Positions 1 to 9,810 of a stretch of 64,000 bases of DNA are shown here, one piece after another. Below the pieces are notes generated by a model. The model did not search any database. It was not told where the DNA came from and was given only the letters and a program-made list of their open reading frames with translations. A program made the position numbers and the translations under genes. Location: assembly GCA_964466575.1 (NCBI GenBank), contig CAYXNP010000002.1, positions 30,913 to 94,912 on the forward strand, in the 5' to 3' direction. The number at the start of each line of letters is the position of its first letter. Position 1 is the first letter of the stretch. Source of the stretch: Candidatus Woesearchaeota archaeon. Its GTDB lineage: Archaea > Nanobdellota > Nanobdellia > Pacearchaeales > GW2011-AR1.

Positions 1-1332
1 TTGGTTCCCATCGCCATGGAGCAAGATAAATACTTGCGAATGCTTCGTTTTGGATGCTGATTAAATCTTCAGGTGTTAAGTCTCCAACAGTCAATACAGC
101 AGCATTATATCGTCGGTATTGTGAAAAATCTTCTGTCATTAATTTCAATCCCTTTTCGCCTTTTTTTGCCATTTCAAAAAGCTCTGTCCCTGGATATGGA
201 ACTGCAATGCTAATATTTGCTTGTTTAATTTCTTTTGATTTTCTTAAAAAGGCAAGTGTCTTTCTTACTGTTTCTTCTGTCTCGCCAGGAAGACCAATCA
301 TACATGAGTTTAATGTTTCTATATTATATTTATTGGTTAATTTGTTTGCAGTTTCATAACTTTCTAAAGGAACTAATTTTTTCATTGTGATTCTAATAGT
401 CTCATCAACAGATTCTAAACCAAACGAAAGCCTGATTAAACCAGCTTCTGCCATTTTAGCAATTAGTTCTTCGTCGACTAAATTTGAACGAGTGCTTCCT
501 TCCCACGTAATTCCTAAATTTTCTTTTATTATCAGGTCGCATATTTTCATTGTATGTTCTCTGCTTAATGTTAAGGTGTCGTCTAAAAACATAAAATGTT
601 CTGTGCCGTATTTTTCAATACATTCTTTCATTTCTTCAATAACTAATTCTGGGTCTTTTTTTCTTGTATCTTTTCCAAAAACTTTTGTGCTGCAAAATAT
701 GCAGTTAAATGGGCAACCACGCATTGTCATTATTGTTGTGAATTTTTTTATTCCTTGAATTGTTCCTAAATTGTATAATTCTGATTTAAGTAAATGTCTT
801 GAGGGTATTGGAATTGAATTGACGTCATGAACCGGCAAAGCCATTCCGGTAAATTTGATTTCGTTATTATCTCTATATATTATACCTTTAACTTGTGAAA
901 TGTCTTCCTTGTTTTCATATTTTTTTAAGAAATCTGGCCAAGAGTTGTCGCCTTCACCAATAAATGCATAATCAAAACAAGGTTCAAAAACTTTTTCTCT
1001 CAAGACAGTAATGTGTGGTCCGCCAATTGCAATAGGAACTGACGGCAATTCTTTTTTTAATTCATTTCCAAGTTCAACACAAATATGATAAAATGGTGTT
1101 GTGCCGGTAATTCCAATAACATTTGGAGCAAATTCTTTTGTTCTCTGAACTATCTCGTTAATTGAAATTCCTTCTGCTTCTCCGTCGATAATCTTGACTT
1201 CGTGTCCTTGTTTTTCAGCAATTGCTGCAAGATAAGCCAAGTTTAATGGCGGCCATTTACCTGCTTTTTTTGCGAAGTGAGCGATTTTTCCGTATGCTGA
1301 AGTCCATAATGGATACAAGAGCATTATTTTCA
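1..1332 (-). CDS. Cobalamin-binding-domain (class B) radical SAM enzyme. The C-terminus is truncated at the window edge.
   Basis: Manual translation of the minus strand from the ATG at 1332 gives MKIMLLYPLWTSAYGKIAHFAKKAGKWPPLNLAYLAAIAEKQGHEVKIIDGEAE...IGGPHITVL...MRGCPFNCIFCSTK...FLDDT. This is a Rossmann-like B12-binding N-domain followed by a CxxxCxxC cluster. It is missing from the ORF track because there is no stop codon inside the window, and the plus-strand ORFs at 54-359 and 387-758 are antisense artefacts. Confidence 0.8.
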
Positions 1333-1392
1333 TATTTTTAAGAAATTTGTTTTGTTTTTAAAAGTTGTTAAGTTGTGATATATTATATATAT

Positions 1393-1402
1393 CTTTATAA
1401 AT
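1393..1402 (+). promoter_or_regulatory. TATA-like box (ctttataaat) about 24 nt upstream of the ATG at 1422, in a divergent intergenic region. Likely an archaeal leaderless promoter.
   Basis: The sequence tttataaa is centred about 24 nt before the start codon and no SD-like motif lies between them. Archaeal TATA boxes sit about -26 from the TSS. Confidence 0.3.
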
Positions 1403-1421
1403 TATTATTCAACTAATTTTT

Positions 1422-2189
1422 ATGCCAGAAGAAAAAAGAATCATTGAAGCACAGCCCTCACTTGTAATAGCTTACTGTGAAAAAGGAAACAAGGTTCTTA
1501 CTTCTGTTTATGATGCTGGATATAGAAAAGGGAAAAGCCCATATGTTTTGACTCCAAATATTATTGGAGGAAATCCTGATTTAAAATATGTTAAAAATGG
1601 GCCATTAGAAGTTCTCGTTAGAGAGATTAATGAAGAATTTGATCCAGAATTTCAAATAGAACATCCAGATACAAATCAATTTAGACAGAGAGTTGCATGG
1701 GCAACACCAGAAGATATTGGTGTTGTTAGAAATGCTTTGTTTGAAGGTATAGAACCTTATCAGGATTTTTTTGTTGATGCTCAATCATTTAGAGAAGGAA
1801 CTGCAACTTACAAAGCGATTTATAGTTATTTCTTTTCAAACATATCTCCAGAAGTAATTGATGTTGTTGAGTCAAATCTTAGAAGACAAAAATCATTAAG
1901 TCCAGAAGGGCTTGTTGGAGTTTTTACATTAGAAGAATTGGAAAAAGACCCACGAGGAATGTTTGGCACGGCGCACATAACTGCTCCTGCATTAAATCAT
2001 TGTTTTGAAACAAATATTCCATACCCAGAAGAATACTTGAGGGTTTCTGTTGAAGGAATTCCAAGAGAATCTTATACAGGTTATCTTCTTGATTTTGAAT
2101 ATTCTAAAGTTAGAAAACCAAACCATAATGATCCTTCAAAAGAGGATCCAAGTTTTCATGAAGTTATTTTTGGTGTTGAAAAGGAATAA
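1422..2189 (+). CDS. Hypothetical protein, 255 aa, with no domain I can recognise.
   Basis: A clean ORF with an upstream TATA-like box. No diagnostic motif was identified. Confidence 0.4.
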   Translation: MPEEKRIIEAQPSLVIAYCEKGNKVLTSVYDAGYRKGKSPYVLTPNIIGGNPDLKYVKNGPLEVLVREINEEFDPEFQIEHPDTNQFRQRVAWATPEDIGVVRNALFEGIEPYQDFFVDAQSFREGTATYKAIYSYFFSNISPEVIDVVESNLRRQKSLSPEGLVGVFTLEELEKDPRGMFGTAHITAPALNHCFETNIPYPEEYLRVSVEGIPRESYTGYLLDFEYSKVRKPNHNDPSKEDPSFHEVIFGVEKE

Positions 2190-2281
2190 TTTTAATTTGA
2201 AAAATAGTTGCTTCGCAATAATTTAAGTTGATATAATTTGAGTTAACATTGTTTAAAAATGGTTTCGCAAAGGCGAGAAGT

Positions 2282-3595
2282 TTAAGGAAAATCTATACAC
2301 ATTGGATCTTCATCTAAAGAGCCCATTGCGATTTCTTCGATTTGTCGAGCGTATTCACCATAAGTGCATCTTCCGCATTCTGCATTAACACTTATTCCCT
2401 TAAGTAATTCTCTATGTTTATCTGTTCCCCAAAATTCAAGAATTTTTTCTGGATTTGGAAAATGAGAAGTTAGCTTAAATCGTTGTTCAATTCTGTGGTC
2501 AGCACAGACATAAACGTGGCCGTCAGCACATGCTTGCAACATTAATGGTGCGCATACACAATTTTTGAAAGTGTGTATTACTCTAAATTCAGGGTCGTAT
2601 TTGTGCATTATTGTAAATACTCTAAAGTTTTCACCGTCGCCGAGGTCATGGCACTTTTCAAATAGTTCGTGTATTTTTTCAATATTATAATTTAATTCCA
2701 TTGCGTTTTTGAAGTCTTTTCTTTCCAAATCTGCCGGTCTTGCATGAAAATCCCTAACACCAATATCTTTTGCAAGTTTGGCGGCTTCATAGACGTCATG
2801 CCAGTTGTCTGGACGAATTAGGAATTTAAATGCAATGTCAATTTTACTTCCTGTTTCTTGTTTTTTTCTCATTAATAGGCGGAGGTTTTCAATAACTCTT
2901 TTGTATGTGTTTCCATTTCCATTTTCGTCCCCCATTTCTCGTTTGAATAATTCTCTAATTTTGTTAAATATTATTTCATTATTAACGTCGACGCCATGCA
3001 CTTTTTCGTAACATTCTTTTACTTTGTCAAAAGTTATATCACTTTCACCAAATCCATGAACTTTGTCGAATACTTCTTTTGAACCAGAATCAACTGAAAC
3101 ACCCACCCAACGACAATGCATCATTTGATTTGCTATTTCTTCATTGATGATGCTCCCATTTGTTGCAAATGAACATTGCATTCCTTTGCTCTTAATATAT
3201 TCTGGAAGTTTCCAAACATTTCTATTCATTAAAGGTTCTCCGCCGCCACCTAAACAAACTCCTTTAACTCCCCACTTTGCCGCGAAATCGATTAAATTTT
3301 TCAGATGTTGTTCTGTCATTAATTTCATATCTTTTGGAACTTGCTCTGGATTTAATGTAAGGTATCGTTGAGCATTGCAATGCTCGCATTTATAATTACA
3401 AATATGTGCGGGGTCTAAAGAAAGTTCTATTGGCGGAGGTAACTGTACTCCTGGAACTCCTTTTAACCATTGGGCAATTGGTTTATAGTGCGTGTGATAA
3501 TAAATTAAACCCTTATAAGAATTAAATGAATTATACTTGCTTTTATCGTTCCACTCGCGCTCTTTTTTTCTTATGTCTATCATTTGATTTTTCAA
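2282..3595 (-). CDS. Radical SAM enzyme with a C-terminal SPASM-like Cys-rich domain.
   Basis: CNYKCEHCNAQ is a CxxxCxxC motif near residue 70 and GGGEPL is the glycine-rich SAM motif. The C-terminal cysteines (CVCAPLMLQACADGHVYVCADH...ECGRCTYGE) look like the auxiliary Fe-S cluster region of a SPASM or twitch domain. Confidence 0.75.
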   Translation of the reverse strand: MKNQMIDIRKKEREWNDKSKYNSFNSYKGLIYYHTHYKPIAQWLKGVPGVQLPPPIELSLDPAHICNYKCEHCNAQRYLTLNPEQVPKDMKLMTEQHLKNLIDFAAKWGVKGVCLGGGGEPLMNRNVWKLPEYIKSKGMQCSFATNGSIINEEIANQMMHCRWVGVSVDSGSKEVFDKVHGFGESDITFDKVKECYEKVHGVDVNNEIIFNKIRELFKREMGDENGNGNTYKRVIENLRLLMRKKQETGSKIDIAFKFLIRPDNWHDVYEAAKLAKDIGVRDFHARPADLERKDFKNAMELNYNIEKIHELFEKCHDLGDGENFRVFTIMHKYDPEFRVIHTFKNCVCAPLMLQACADGHVYVCADHRIEQRFKLTSHFPNPEKILEFWGTDKHRELLKGISVNAECGRCTYGEYARQIEEIAMGSLDEDPMCIDFP

Positions 3596-3694
3596 AAAAA
3601 TGAAATTTGGTTATAAACATTGTTGTTTTTAGATATATAGTTGTCCTACATTTAATTTGAAAAAATTTATAAGGAAAGCAATTTAATAAAAATT

Positions 3695-4198
3695 ATGATT
3701 ATAAACTTTGAAGATTTGTCAAAGATTAGAAATGAAAATATTAATAAAAAAATAGTTTTTTGTTCTGGAAGTTTTGATATTACTCATGTTGGGCATATTA
3801 TTTTTTTTGAAGAGTGTAATAAATATGGAAACATTCTTATTGTCGGTGTGGGAAGTGATAAAATGTTAAGATATCATAAGGGCGGCAATAGACCTATTTT
3901 AAATGAACATATACGATTGAAAACAATTGATAGCTTTAAGTGTGTTGATTATTCTTTTATTGATTCTGTATCTACGCCTGATGAACCTTTAATATTATTG
4001 AGATGTGTATTTGAGAGTTTAAAGCCAGATTTTTATTTAATTAACGATGATGCATTTGATATCCCCTATAGAGAAAGGGTTTGTGAGGAATTTAAAGTTA
4101 AATTGATTATATTAAAAAGGTGGTGCCCTCCTGAATTCGAAGATATTTCTACATCAAAAATAATAGAAAAAATAAAAAATTTAGATAAGAGTAATTAA
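3695..4198 (+). CDS. Cytidylyltransferase-like nucleotidyltransferase, resembling RfaE domain II or TagD with an HxGH motif.
   Basis: FCSGSFDITHVGH places the HxGH motif after a Gly-rich turn. The 167-aa size fits glycerol-3-P cytidylyltransferase or heptose-1-P adenylyltransferase domains. Confidence 0.65.
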   Translation: MIINFEDLSKIRNENINKKIVFCSGSFDITHVGHIIFFEECNKYGNILIVGVGSDKMLRYHKGGNRPILNEHIRLKTIDSFKCVDYSFIDSVSTPDEPLILLRCVFESLKPDFYLINDDAFDIPYRERVCEEFKVKLIILKRWCPPEFEDISTSKIIEKIKNLDKSN

Positions 4199-4238
4199 AC
4201 TAAATAATATTTAAAAAGAGATTTTTATTGGGAATTAA

Positions 4239-5705
4239 ATGGAGAAAATGTTGGATGTTCTTTTAGTTAATGCTGGAGGAATGAGAAAAAGAGTTTATCA
4301 GGAATTGAGCAGGGATTATTCTGCGATTGAGCCGCCATTTTGGGCTGCGTTGACTGCGGGTTTTGTTAGAAAAAAAGGATTTAGTGTTAAAATTCTCGAC
4401 GCTAATGCAGAAAATATTGATATTAAAGAAACAGTAGAGATAATAAAAGAACTTAATCCTAGATTTGTGAACATTATAGTTTATGGGCAACACCCTTCAG
4501 CATCAACCCAATTAATGGTTAGTGTTGGGAATTTATGCCGAGAAATAAAAAACAATGAACCCTTAAGAAAGATTTTATTGATAGGTTTGCATCCGTCTGC
4601 TTTGCCTGAAAAAACAATGAAGGAAGAAGTTTGTGATTATGTTTCGCAAGGAGAAGGATTTTATACAATTCTTGGATTATTGGAAAATAAAAACTTAAAT
4701 GAAATTCCTGGTTTGTGGTATAGGGAAAATAATTTAATAAAATCAAACGCGCCTGCTCCTTTAATTCAAGATTTAACAACTGAACTAAGTGATGTCGCTT
4801 GGGATTTACTGCCAATGGATAAATACAAAGCTCACAATTGGCATTGTTTGCATGATTTAGAATCGCGGGGAAGTTATGCTTCTTTATCAACAAGCTTGGG
4901 TTGCCCTTATAATTGTATTTTTTGCTGTATTAATTCGCCGTTTGGAAAATCTGGATATAGATGCTGGAGCCCTGAATGGGTATTGAAACAGCTTGATATT
5001 TTAGTTAAAGAATATAGTGTTAAAAATGTAAAGTTAATAGATGAACTGTTTGTTTTGAATCCGAAGCATTTTATGGAAATTTGCGACGGTGTTATTCAAA
5101 GAGGATATAAATTAAATTTTTGGGCTTATGCGAGGATTGATACTGTCAAGGAAGAACATTTAAGAAAAATGAAGCAAGCAGGAATTAATTGGCTTGCGTT
5201 AGGAATTGAATCTGCAAGTGAAGAAGTTAGGCAGGGTGCTGAGAAAGGCAGGTTTAATGAAACAGATATTGTAAATATTGTGAAAATGATTAAAGATGTT
5301 GATATTAATATTATTGGAAATTATATGTTCGGTTTGCCTGAAGATGATTTTCAATCAATGCAAGAAACATTAAAACTTTCTCTTGATTTAAATTGCGAGT
5401 TTGGGAATTTTTATTGTGCTTCTGCTTATCCTGGTTCAAAATTATATACTTGGGCAGTTGAAAATAATATTCAATTGCCAGAATCATGGGAAGGTTATGC
5501 TCAGCATAATTACAACTTTCTTTCTCTTCCAACAAAAACTTTGTCTCCCAAGGAGGTTCTTGAATATAGAGACTATGCTTTTGATGTTTATTTTAAGAAT
5601 CCAATATATTTGAAAATGATTGAAGAGCGATTTGGAATTGTTGCAAGAAAACATATTGAAGAAATGACAAAAATAAAATTGAAGAGAAAGTTGTTGGGCG
5701 ATTGA
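4239..5705 (+). CDS. Class B (B12-binding domain) radical SAM enzyme.
   Basis: The N-terminal segment VLLVNAGG...EPPFWAALTAGF...KILD resembles a cobalamin-binding fold. LGCPYNCIFCCIN is the CxxxCxxC motif, and the downstream region is a TIM-barrel-like domain of 488 aa. Confidence 0.85.
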   Translation: MEKMLDVLLVNAGGMRKRVYQELSRDYSAIEPPFWAALTAGFVRKKGFSVKILDANAENIDIKETVEIIKELNPRFVNIIVYGQHPSASTQLMVSVGNLCREIKNNEPLRKILLIGLHPSALPEKTMKEEVCDYVSQGEGFYTILGLLENKNLNEIPGLWYRENNLIKSNAPAPLIQDLTTELSDVAWDLLPMDKYKAHNWHCLHDLESRGSYASLSTSLGCPYNCIFCCINSPFGKSGYRCWSPEWVLKQLDILVKEYSVKNVKLIDELFVLNPKHFMEICDGVIQRGYKLNFWAYARIDTVKEEHLRKMKQAGINWLALGIESASEEVRQGAEKGRFNETDIVNIVKMIKDVDINIIGNYMFGLPEDDFQSMQETLKLSLDLNCEFGNFYCASAYPGSKLYTWAVENNIQLPESWEGYAQHNYNFLSLPTKTLSPKEVLEYRDYAFDVYFKNPIYLKMIEERFGIVARKHIEEMTKIKLKRKLLGD

Positions 5706-5759
5706 GATAAATATTATTACTACATAAATCTTTAAAAACAAATTGGAATTTTATGAAAT

Positions 5760-6473
5760 ATGGATTTTATTGAATATAATCAATTTGGAGAAGTTAAAAA
5801 AGAGATAAATGATCTGAAAATTAAAATGGATGAAATGAAATTAGTTCTTGAAAGAAATTTAAATAGTAATGGAAATGGTTTAACAAATCTGACAGCAGAG
5901 GATTTAATTGCTTTTGAAAATGACATTATTGAGATTTATGAAGCTGGAAAAATTAAGGCGCCTGTTCATTTTTGTAAAGGCAATGAAGAGCAACTTATTG
6001 AGATTTTTAAGAAAGTAGGAAAAGATGATTGGATTTTCTCGACGCATAGAAGTCATTATCATGCGTTATTAAAAGGTGTTGACCCATTGTGGTTGAAAAG
6101 AGAAATACTTGAAAAAAGAAGTATTCATATTAACAATAAAGAATATAAAACATTTACTTCTGCGATTGTCGGAGGAATTCTTCCTATTGCGCTTGGAGTT
6201 GCGCTTGCAATAAAACTAAAAAAAACAAACGAGAGAGTTTGGGCATTTGTCGGAGATATGTGTGCTGAAATGGGTGTTTTTCATGAATGTACAAAATATG
6301 CAAAAAGGCATAATTTGCCAATAACTTTTGTTGTAGAAGACAACAATTTAAGTGTTAACACTCCAACGCAAAAAGTTTGGGGTGAAAATGATTTTGGTAA
6401 TGCAAATATTATCAGATATAAATACAAAAGAATTTGTCCCCATCATGGTTCTGGAAAATGGGTGACTTTTTAA
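5760..6473 (+). CDS. Thiamine-diphosphate-dependent E1 alpha-like subunit (dehydrogenase E1 component family), minimal form.
   Basis: The TPP motif GDG-x26-NN reads VGDMCAEMGVFHECTKYAKRHNLPITFVVEDNN. HRSHYHAL resembles E1 alpha sequences. Confidence 0.7.
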   Translation: MDFIEYNQFGEVKKEINDLKIKMDEMKLVLERNLNSNGNGLTNLTAEDLIAFENDIIEIYEAGKIKAPVHFCKGNEEQLIEIFKKVGKDDWIFSTHRSHYHALLKGVDPLWLKREILEKRSIHINNKEYKTFTSAIVGGILPIALGVALAIKLKKTNERVWAFVGDMCAEMGVFHECTKYAKRHNLPITFVVEDNNLSVNTPTQKVWGENDFGNANIIRYKYKRICPHHGSGKWVTF

Positions 6474-6474
6474 A

Positions 6475-7035
6475 ATGAGTTACAAAGATGAAATAAAAAA
6501 AGCAATGACGATGTTAGGACAGCATCCGAAAACAATTTTTCTTGGACAAACAGTAGAATATTCTGGAAGTTGTATTTATGGGAGTTTAGAAGATGTTCCT
6601 AATGAAAAAAGAATTGAACTTCCAATTATCGAAGATACTCAAATGGGAATGTCTATTGGTTTAAGTTTGGAAGGATTTATTCCAATATCTATTTTTCCCA
6701 GGTTTGATTTTTTTATATGCGCTACTAATCAATTAGTAAATCACTTGGATAAAACTAGAGAGATGAGTAATGGGCGGTTTACTCCAAAAGTTATACTTAG
6801 AACAATGATAGGAGGTACAAATCCGCTTTATCCAGGAGTACAGCATTGTTCAGATTATACTGAAGCAATGAAACATTTTTTAAAAGATGTTGATGTTGTG
6901 AGTTTAACAAAAGAAGAAGATGTTATGTCTGTTTATAAAAGAGCTTTAGAAAGCGATAGGTCAACTTTAATTATTGAAGTAGCAGATTTATATAACGATG
7001 ATATTATTAGTGGTGAGAGAATAGGGAAGGATTAA
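6475..7035 (+). CDS. E1 beta-like / transketolase pyrimidine-binding-domain subunit, partner of 5760-6473.
   Basis: It starts 1 nt after the upstream stop. The size (186 aa) and sequence (IFLGQTVEYSGSCIYGS...PIIEDTQMGMSIGLS) fit a Transket_pyr-like domain. Confidence 0.6.
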   Translation: MSYKDEIKKAMTMLGQHPKTIFLGQTVEYSGSCIYGSLEDVPNEKRIELPIIEDTQMGMSIGLSLEGFIPISIFPRFDFFICATNQLVNHLDKTREMSNGRFTPKVILRTMIGGTNPLYPGVQHCSDYTEAMKHFLKDVDVVSLTKEEDVMSVYKRALESDRSTLIIEVADLYNDDIISGERIGKD

Positions 7036-7041
7036 ATTAAA

Positions 7042-7668
7042 ATGTTTAATGGAAAATTTGTTTGGTTGAAGGGTGCAATAAAAAAGTGGTTTTTGTTATT
7101 TGGTTATGAAATAGTTAAAGATAATAACGGCAATCATTTGAAGAAAATTTATTCTTCTAAATCTGCAATTCAGTTTATGAAAGAAAATTACAATAAAAAA
7201 GATTTAATTGTTGCTGAAATTGGGGTGTGGAAAGGTCACACTACAGAACATATAATAAAAACATTACCGATAAAAAGAATTTATGCAATTGATTCTTGGG
7301 CCCCTTGGAGTTCAAGTGAACATAACGAAGAAATAATTCAAACTGCAATGAAAGAAGCTAAAAAGAAGTTATCAAAATATGGCAATAAAGTCATCATCAT
7401 AAAAAAATATTCAAAAGACGCAGTTAAAGATATTAAAGAAAAATTAGATTTTGTTTATATTGATGGCGACCATGATTATGAATTTGTTAAAGACGACATT
7501 GAACAATATTATAAACTTTTAAAAAAAGGAGGGGTTTTGTCTGGTGATGATATTGAAAATAGAAGATTACCTAATGGAGTTTTCAAAGCATTATCTGAAT
7601 TTTCAGTTAAGAATAAATTAGATGTCAAAATTGAAGGGAATAATTGGTGGTTGATAAAACCGGATTAG
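7042..7668 (+). CDS. Class I SAM-dependent methyltransferase, in the O-methyltransferase or Methyltransf_24 family (TylF/MycF-like).
   Basis: The SAM-binding region LIVAEIGVWKGHTT and the DGDHDYEFVKDD motif are typical of this family. Confidence 0.65.
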   Translation: MFNGKFVWLKGAIKKWFLLFGYEIVKDNNGNHLKKIYSSKSAIQFMKENYNKKDLIVAEIGVWKGHTTEHIIKTLPIKRIYAIDSWAPWSSSEHNEEIIQTAMKEAKKKLSKYGNKVIIIKKYSKDAVKDIKEKLDFVYIDGDHDYEFVKDDIEQYYKLLKKGGVLSGDDIENRRLPNGVFKALSEFSVKNKLDVKIEGNNWWLIKPD

Positions 7669-9692
7669 AAATATTTCCATTTCTTAAATGAATCAATAAT
7701 CGGGCGAGTGAATAAAATATCTTTTAGGTCGTGTCCCATTGCTGAAGAGACATTGCAAATATGGGTGCAATCGCATTTATGATTTTTAATTTGATTAAAT
7801 AATTTTCTAGCTGGTTGTGATTTTAATAATTGCTCTGGAGAATTTTCTTTAAGGTTTCCAATTTTTGGCTGAAGTTCGCAGATTCTTAATGAACCATCGC
7901 TTTCTAAGATTAAATCATTTGTTCCTGCATTGCATTTGAAGGGCCATTTTTTACCTTCGAGAACTTCCATTTGAGAAATTATTATATGTCTATCTCGAAT
8001 ATTAGTGTAAATTCTTTTCAATAAACTTTTATGTTTTTTGGCATTATAATATTTTCTTGCATTATATCTTAAATTATTAATTTTATTAAAATCTTTTTTG
8101 TTTGGAAGAGTCAATAAACCTTTATGTTCTCCTCTAAGTAAATCAAAAAAGTGGTCTGATAAATCAAGTTTTTTTACTAATTCAATTAATGCTGGAAGGT
8201 CATTGATGTTTTCATTTGTGATAACTGTATTCACTGTAAGATACTTGAGGTTTGGATGTATTTTTCTTAATTCATTCATTTTTTTTATGAACTGGATTGA
8301 TTTCTTAAAATTTCCCTTTATTCCTCGAAGAAAATCGTGGCGCGCTTCTAATCCATCTAAAGAACAATCAATTGCAAAATCAACATGTGGATATTTCTTT
8401 AAGACTTTTTCCATGTCAGTTACAACTTTATTTTCCATTAAACAATTAGTTGGTATGCTGATTAAATTTGGATTAGTATATTTTATAATTAAATCTATAA
8501 TTTCTGGGAAGTCTTTTCTTATGAATGGTTCGCCCCCAGAAAGCAAAACCTCTGAAAGGTTGTAAAATTTTGATAATATTTCTTCGATTTCCTTGAGAGA
8601 TAAATCATTATTTTTGTTTAAATCTTTCCAATAAAAACAATGTTTGCATTTTGAATTGCATTTTGTTGTTATGAAAAAAGTGACGCCGCTTAACTTCTTT
8701 TTGTTTACATTTTTAATAAAACCCAAGTATTTCTTTTCTATATTTCTTGTTCTTACTAAAAATGGAAATTCTATTGTGTCAAACATTTCAGAATCAGAAA
8801 TTTTTCTTTTGTCTTGAATGTATTTGCGTTTTTTAAGAGTTTGGTTTAATTTTTTTAAATTGTATAAATATGCTCTAAAGACTTCAATACCATGTTTTTT
8901 GAGTAATAATGTCTGAAAAAAGTCAGTTAATAAAAAAGGAGTATTTAGAATAATTGTTTTTGATTCGAAATTTTTTAATAGTGTTGTTAGTTTATTCCGT
9001 TTGTCTCTGTATGTTTCTTTTTTCATTGGCGCGTTTTTCATTGTATGGTGGCTTAAATGAAATGAAACTAAGTCAGAATTATAGACAACTTTCCAACCAG
9101 CAATGTTTGCTCTTAAACCTAAATCAGAGTCTTCAACACCATAATAATAATCAGAATCAAAACCGCCAATTTCTTGTACCATTTTTTTCCTAATTATTAA
9201 TGAGGCGCTTTTCAAATAACCAACTCTTCTAAAAGAATTGTATTGTCCGATATCTTTTTCTCCAAAACCAATGTCTGTTCCTCCCCCATTTCTTGCAAGA
9301 ATTCCTCCAGCAGCGTCTATTAAACCATCTGCTCTAATTATTTTTCCATTACACAAACCGACATCTAAATGAGAATCCATATATTTGACTGCATTTTTAA
9401 TCCACTCTTTTGTTAATTTTGCATCACTGTCCATGACTACAAAATACTCTGAATTTGACATTGACATGCCAATATTTCTTTTTTTGGAAGGACCTTCATT
9501 TGGTACATCTACAAAATTTATAGAAGAATAATTTTTTTTAATAAATTCTTTTGTATTGTCTGTTGAATCGTTGTCTAATAAATAAATTTTAATTTTCTTA
9601 TAAGTTTGATTATTTATTGAGTCTATACAATCTCCTAAAATGTTTTTATTATTATGTGAAACAATTATAACATCAACATTTGATTCTTTCAT
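7665..9692 (-). CDS. Fusion protein with an N-terminal GT2 glycosyltransferase and a C-terminal radical SAM/SPASM domain.
   Basis: The N-terminus reads VDVIIVSHNN...LLDNDSTDNT...VVMDSDAKL...YGVEDSDLGLR, a GT-A fold with DxD-like elements. Residue ~335 onward reads FFITTKCNSKCKHCFYW, a CxxxCxxC motif, followed by LSGGEPF, and the protein ends with Cys-rich CNAG...CELQ...CDCTHIC. The continuous ORF is 675 aa. Confidence 0.8.
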   Translation of the reverse strand: MKESNVDVIIVSHNNKNILGDCIDSINNQTYKKIKIYLLDNDSTDNTKEFIKKNYSSINFVDVPNEGPSKKRNIGMSMSNSEYFVVMDSDAKLTKEWIKNAVKYMDSHLDVGLCNGKIIRADGLIDAAGGILARNGGGTDIGFGEKDIGQYNSFRRVGYLKSASLIIRKKMVQEIGGFDSDYYYGVEDSDLGLRANIAGWKVVYNSDLVSFHLSHHTMKNAPMKKETYRDKRNKLTTLLKNFESKTIILNTPFLLTDFFQTLLLKKHGIEVFRAYLYNLKKLNQTLKKRKYIQDKRKISDSEMFDTIEFPFLVRTRNIEKKYLGFIKNVNKKKLSGVTFFITTKCNSKCKHCFYWKDLNKNNDLSLKEIEEILSKFYNLSEVLLSGGEPFIRKDFPEIIDLIIKYTNPNLISIPTNCLMENKVVTDMEKVLKKYPHVDFAIDCSLDGLEARHDFLRGIKGNFKKSIQFIKKMNELRKIHPNLKYLTVNTVITNENINDLPALIELVKKLDLSDHFFDLLRGEHKGLLTLPNKKDFNKINNLRYNARKYYNAKKHKSLLKRIYTNIRDRHIIISQMEVLEGKKWPFKCNAGTNDLILESDGSLRICELQPKIGNLKENSPEQLLKSQPARKLFNQIKNHKCDCTHICNVSSAMGHDLKDILFTRPIIDSFKKWKYF

Positions 9693-9810
9693 TTTTGTAT
9701 AGTTATGGAATCCTTTTTAAGCTTTATTTAGAAATGTTAACTAAATTGTATATTTTGAATATCATATTTTAGATAGATAAACCTTAAAAAACGCCTGACT
9801 TTCTGTCGTT

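Noticed and set aside
54-758. Plus-strand ORFs 54-359 and 387-758 from the ORF track.
   Set aside because: They have low-complexity Ser/Phe/Ile-rich translations and are antisense to a well-supported minus-strand class B radical SAM gene (1-1332) that the track missed because it lacks an in-window stop.
2805-3371. Plus-strand ORFs 2805-3011 and 3144-3371.
   Set aside because: They are antisense shadows inside the radical SAM/SPASM gene 2282-3595 and carry no motifs.
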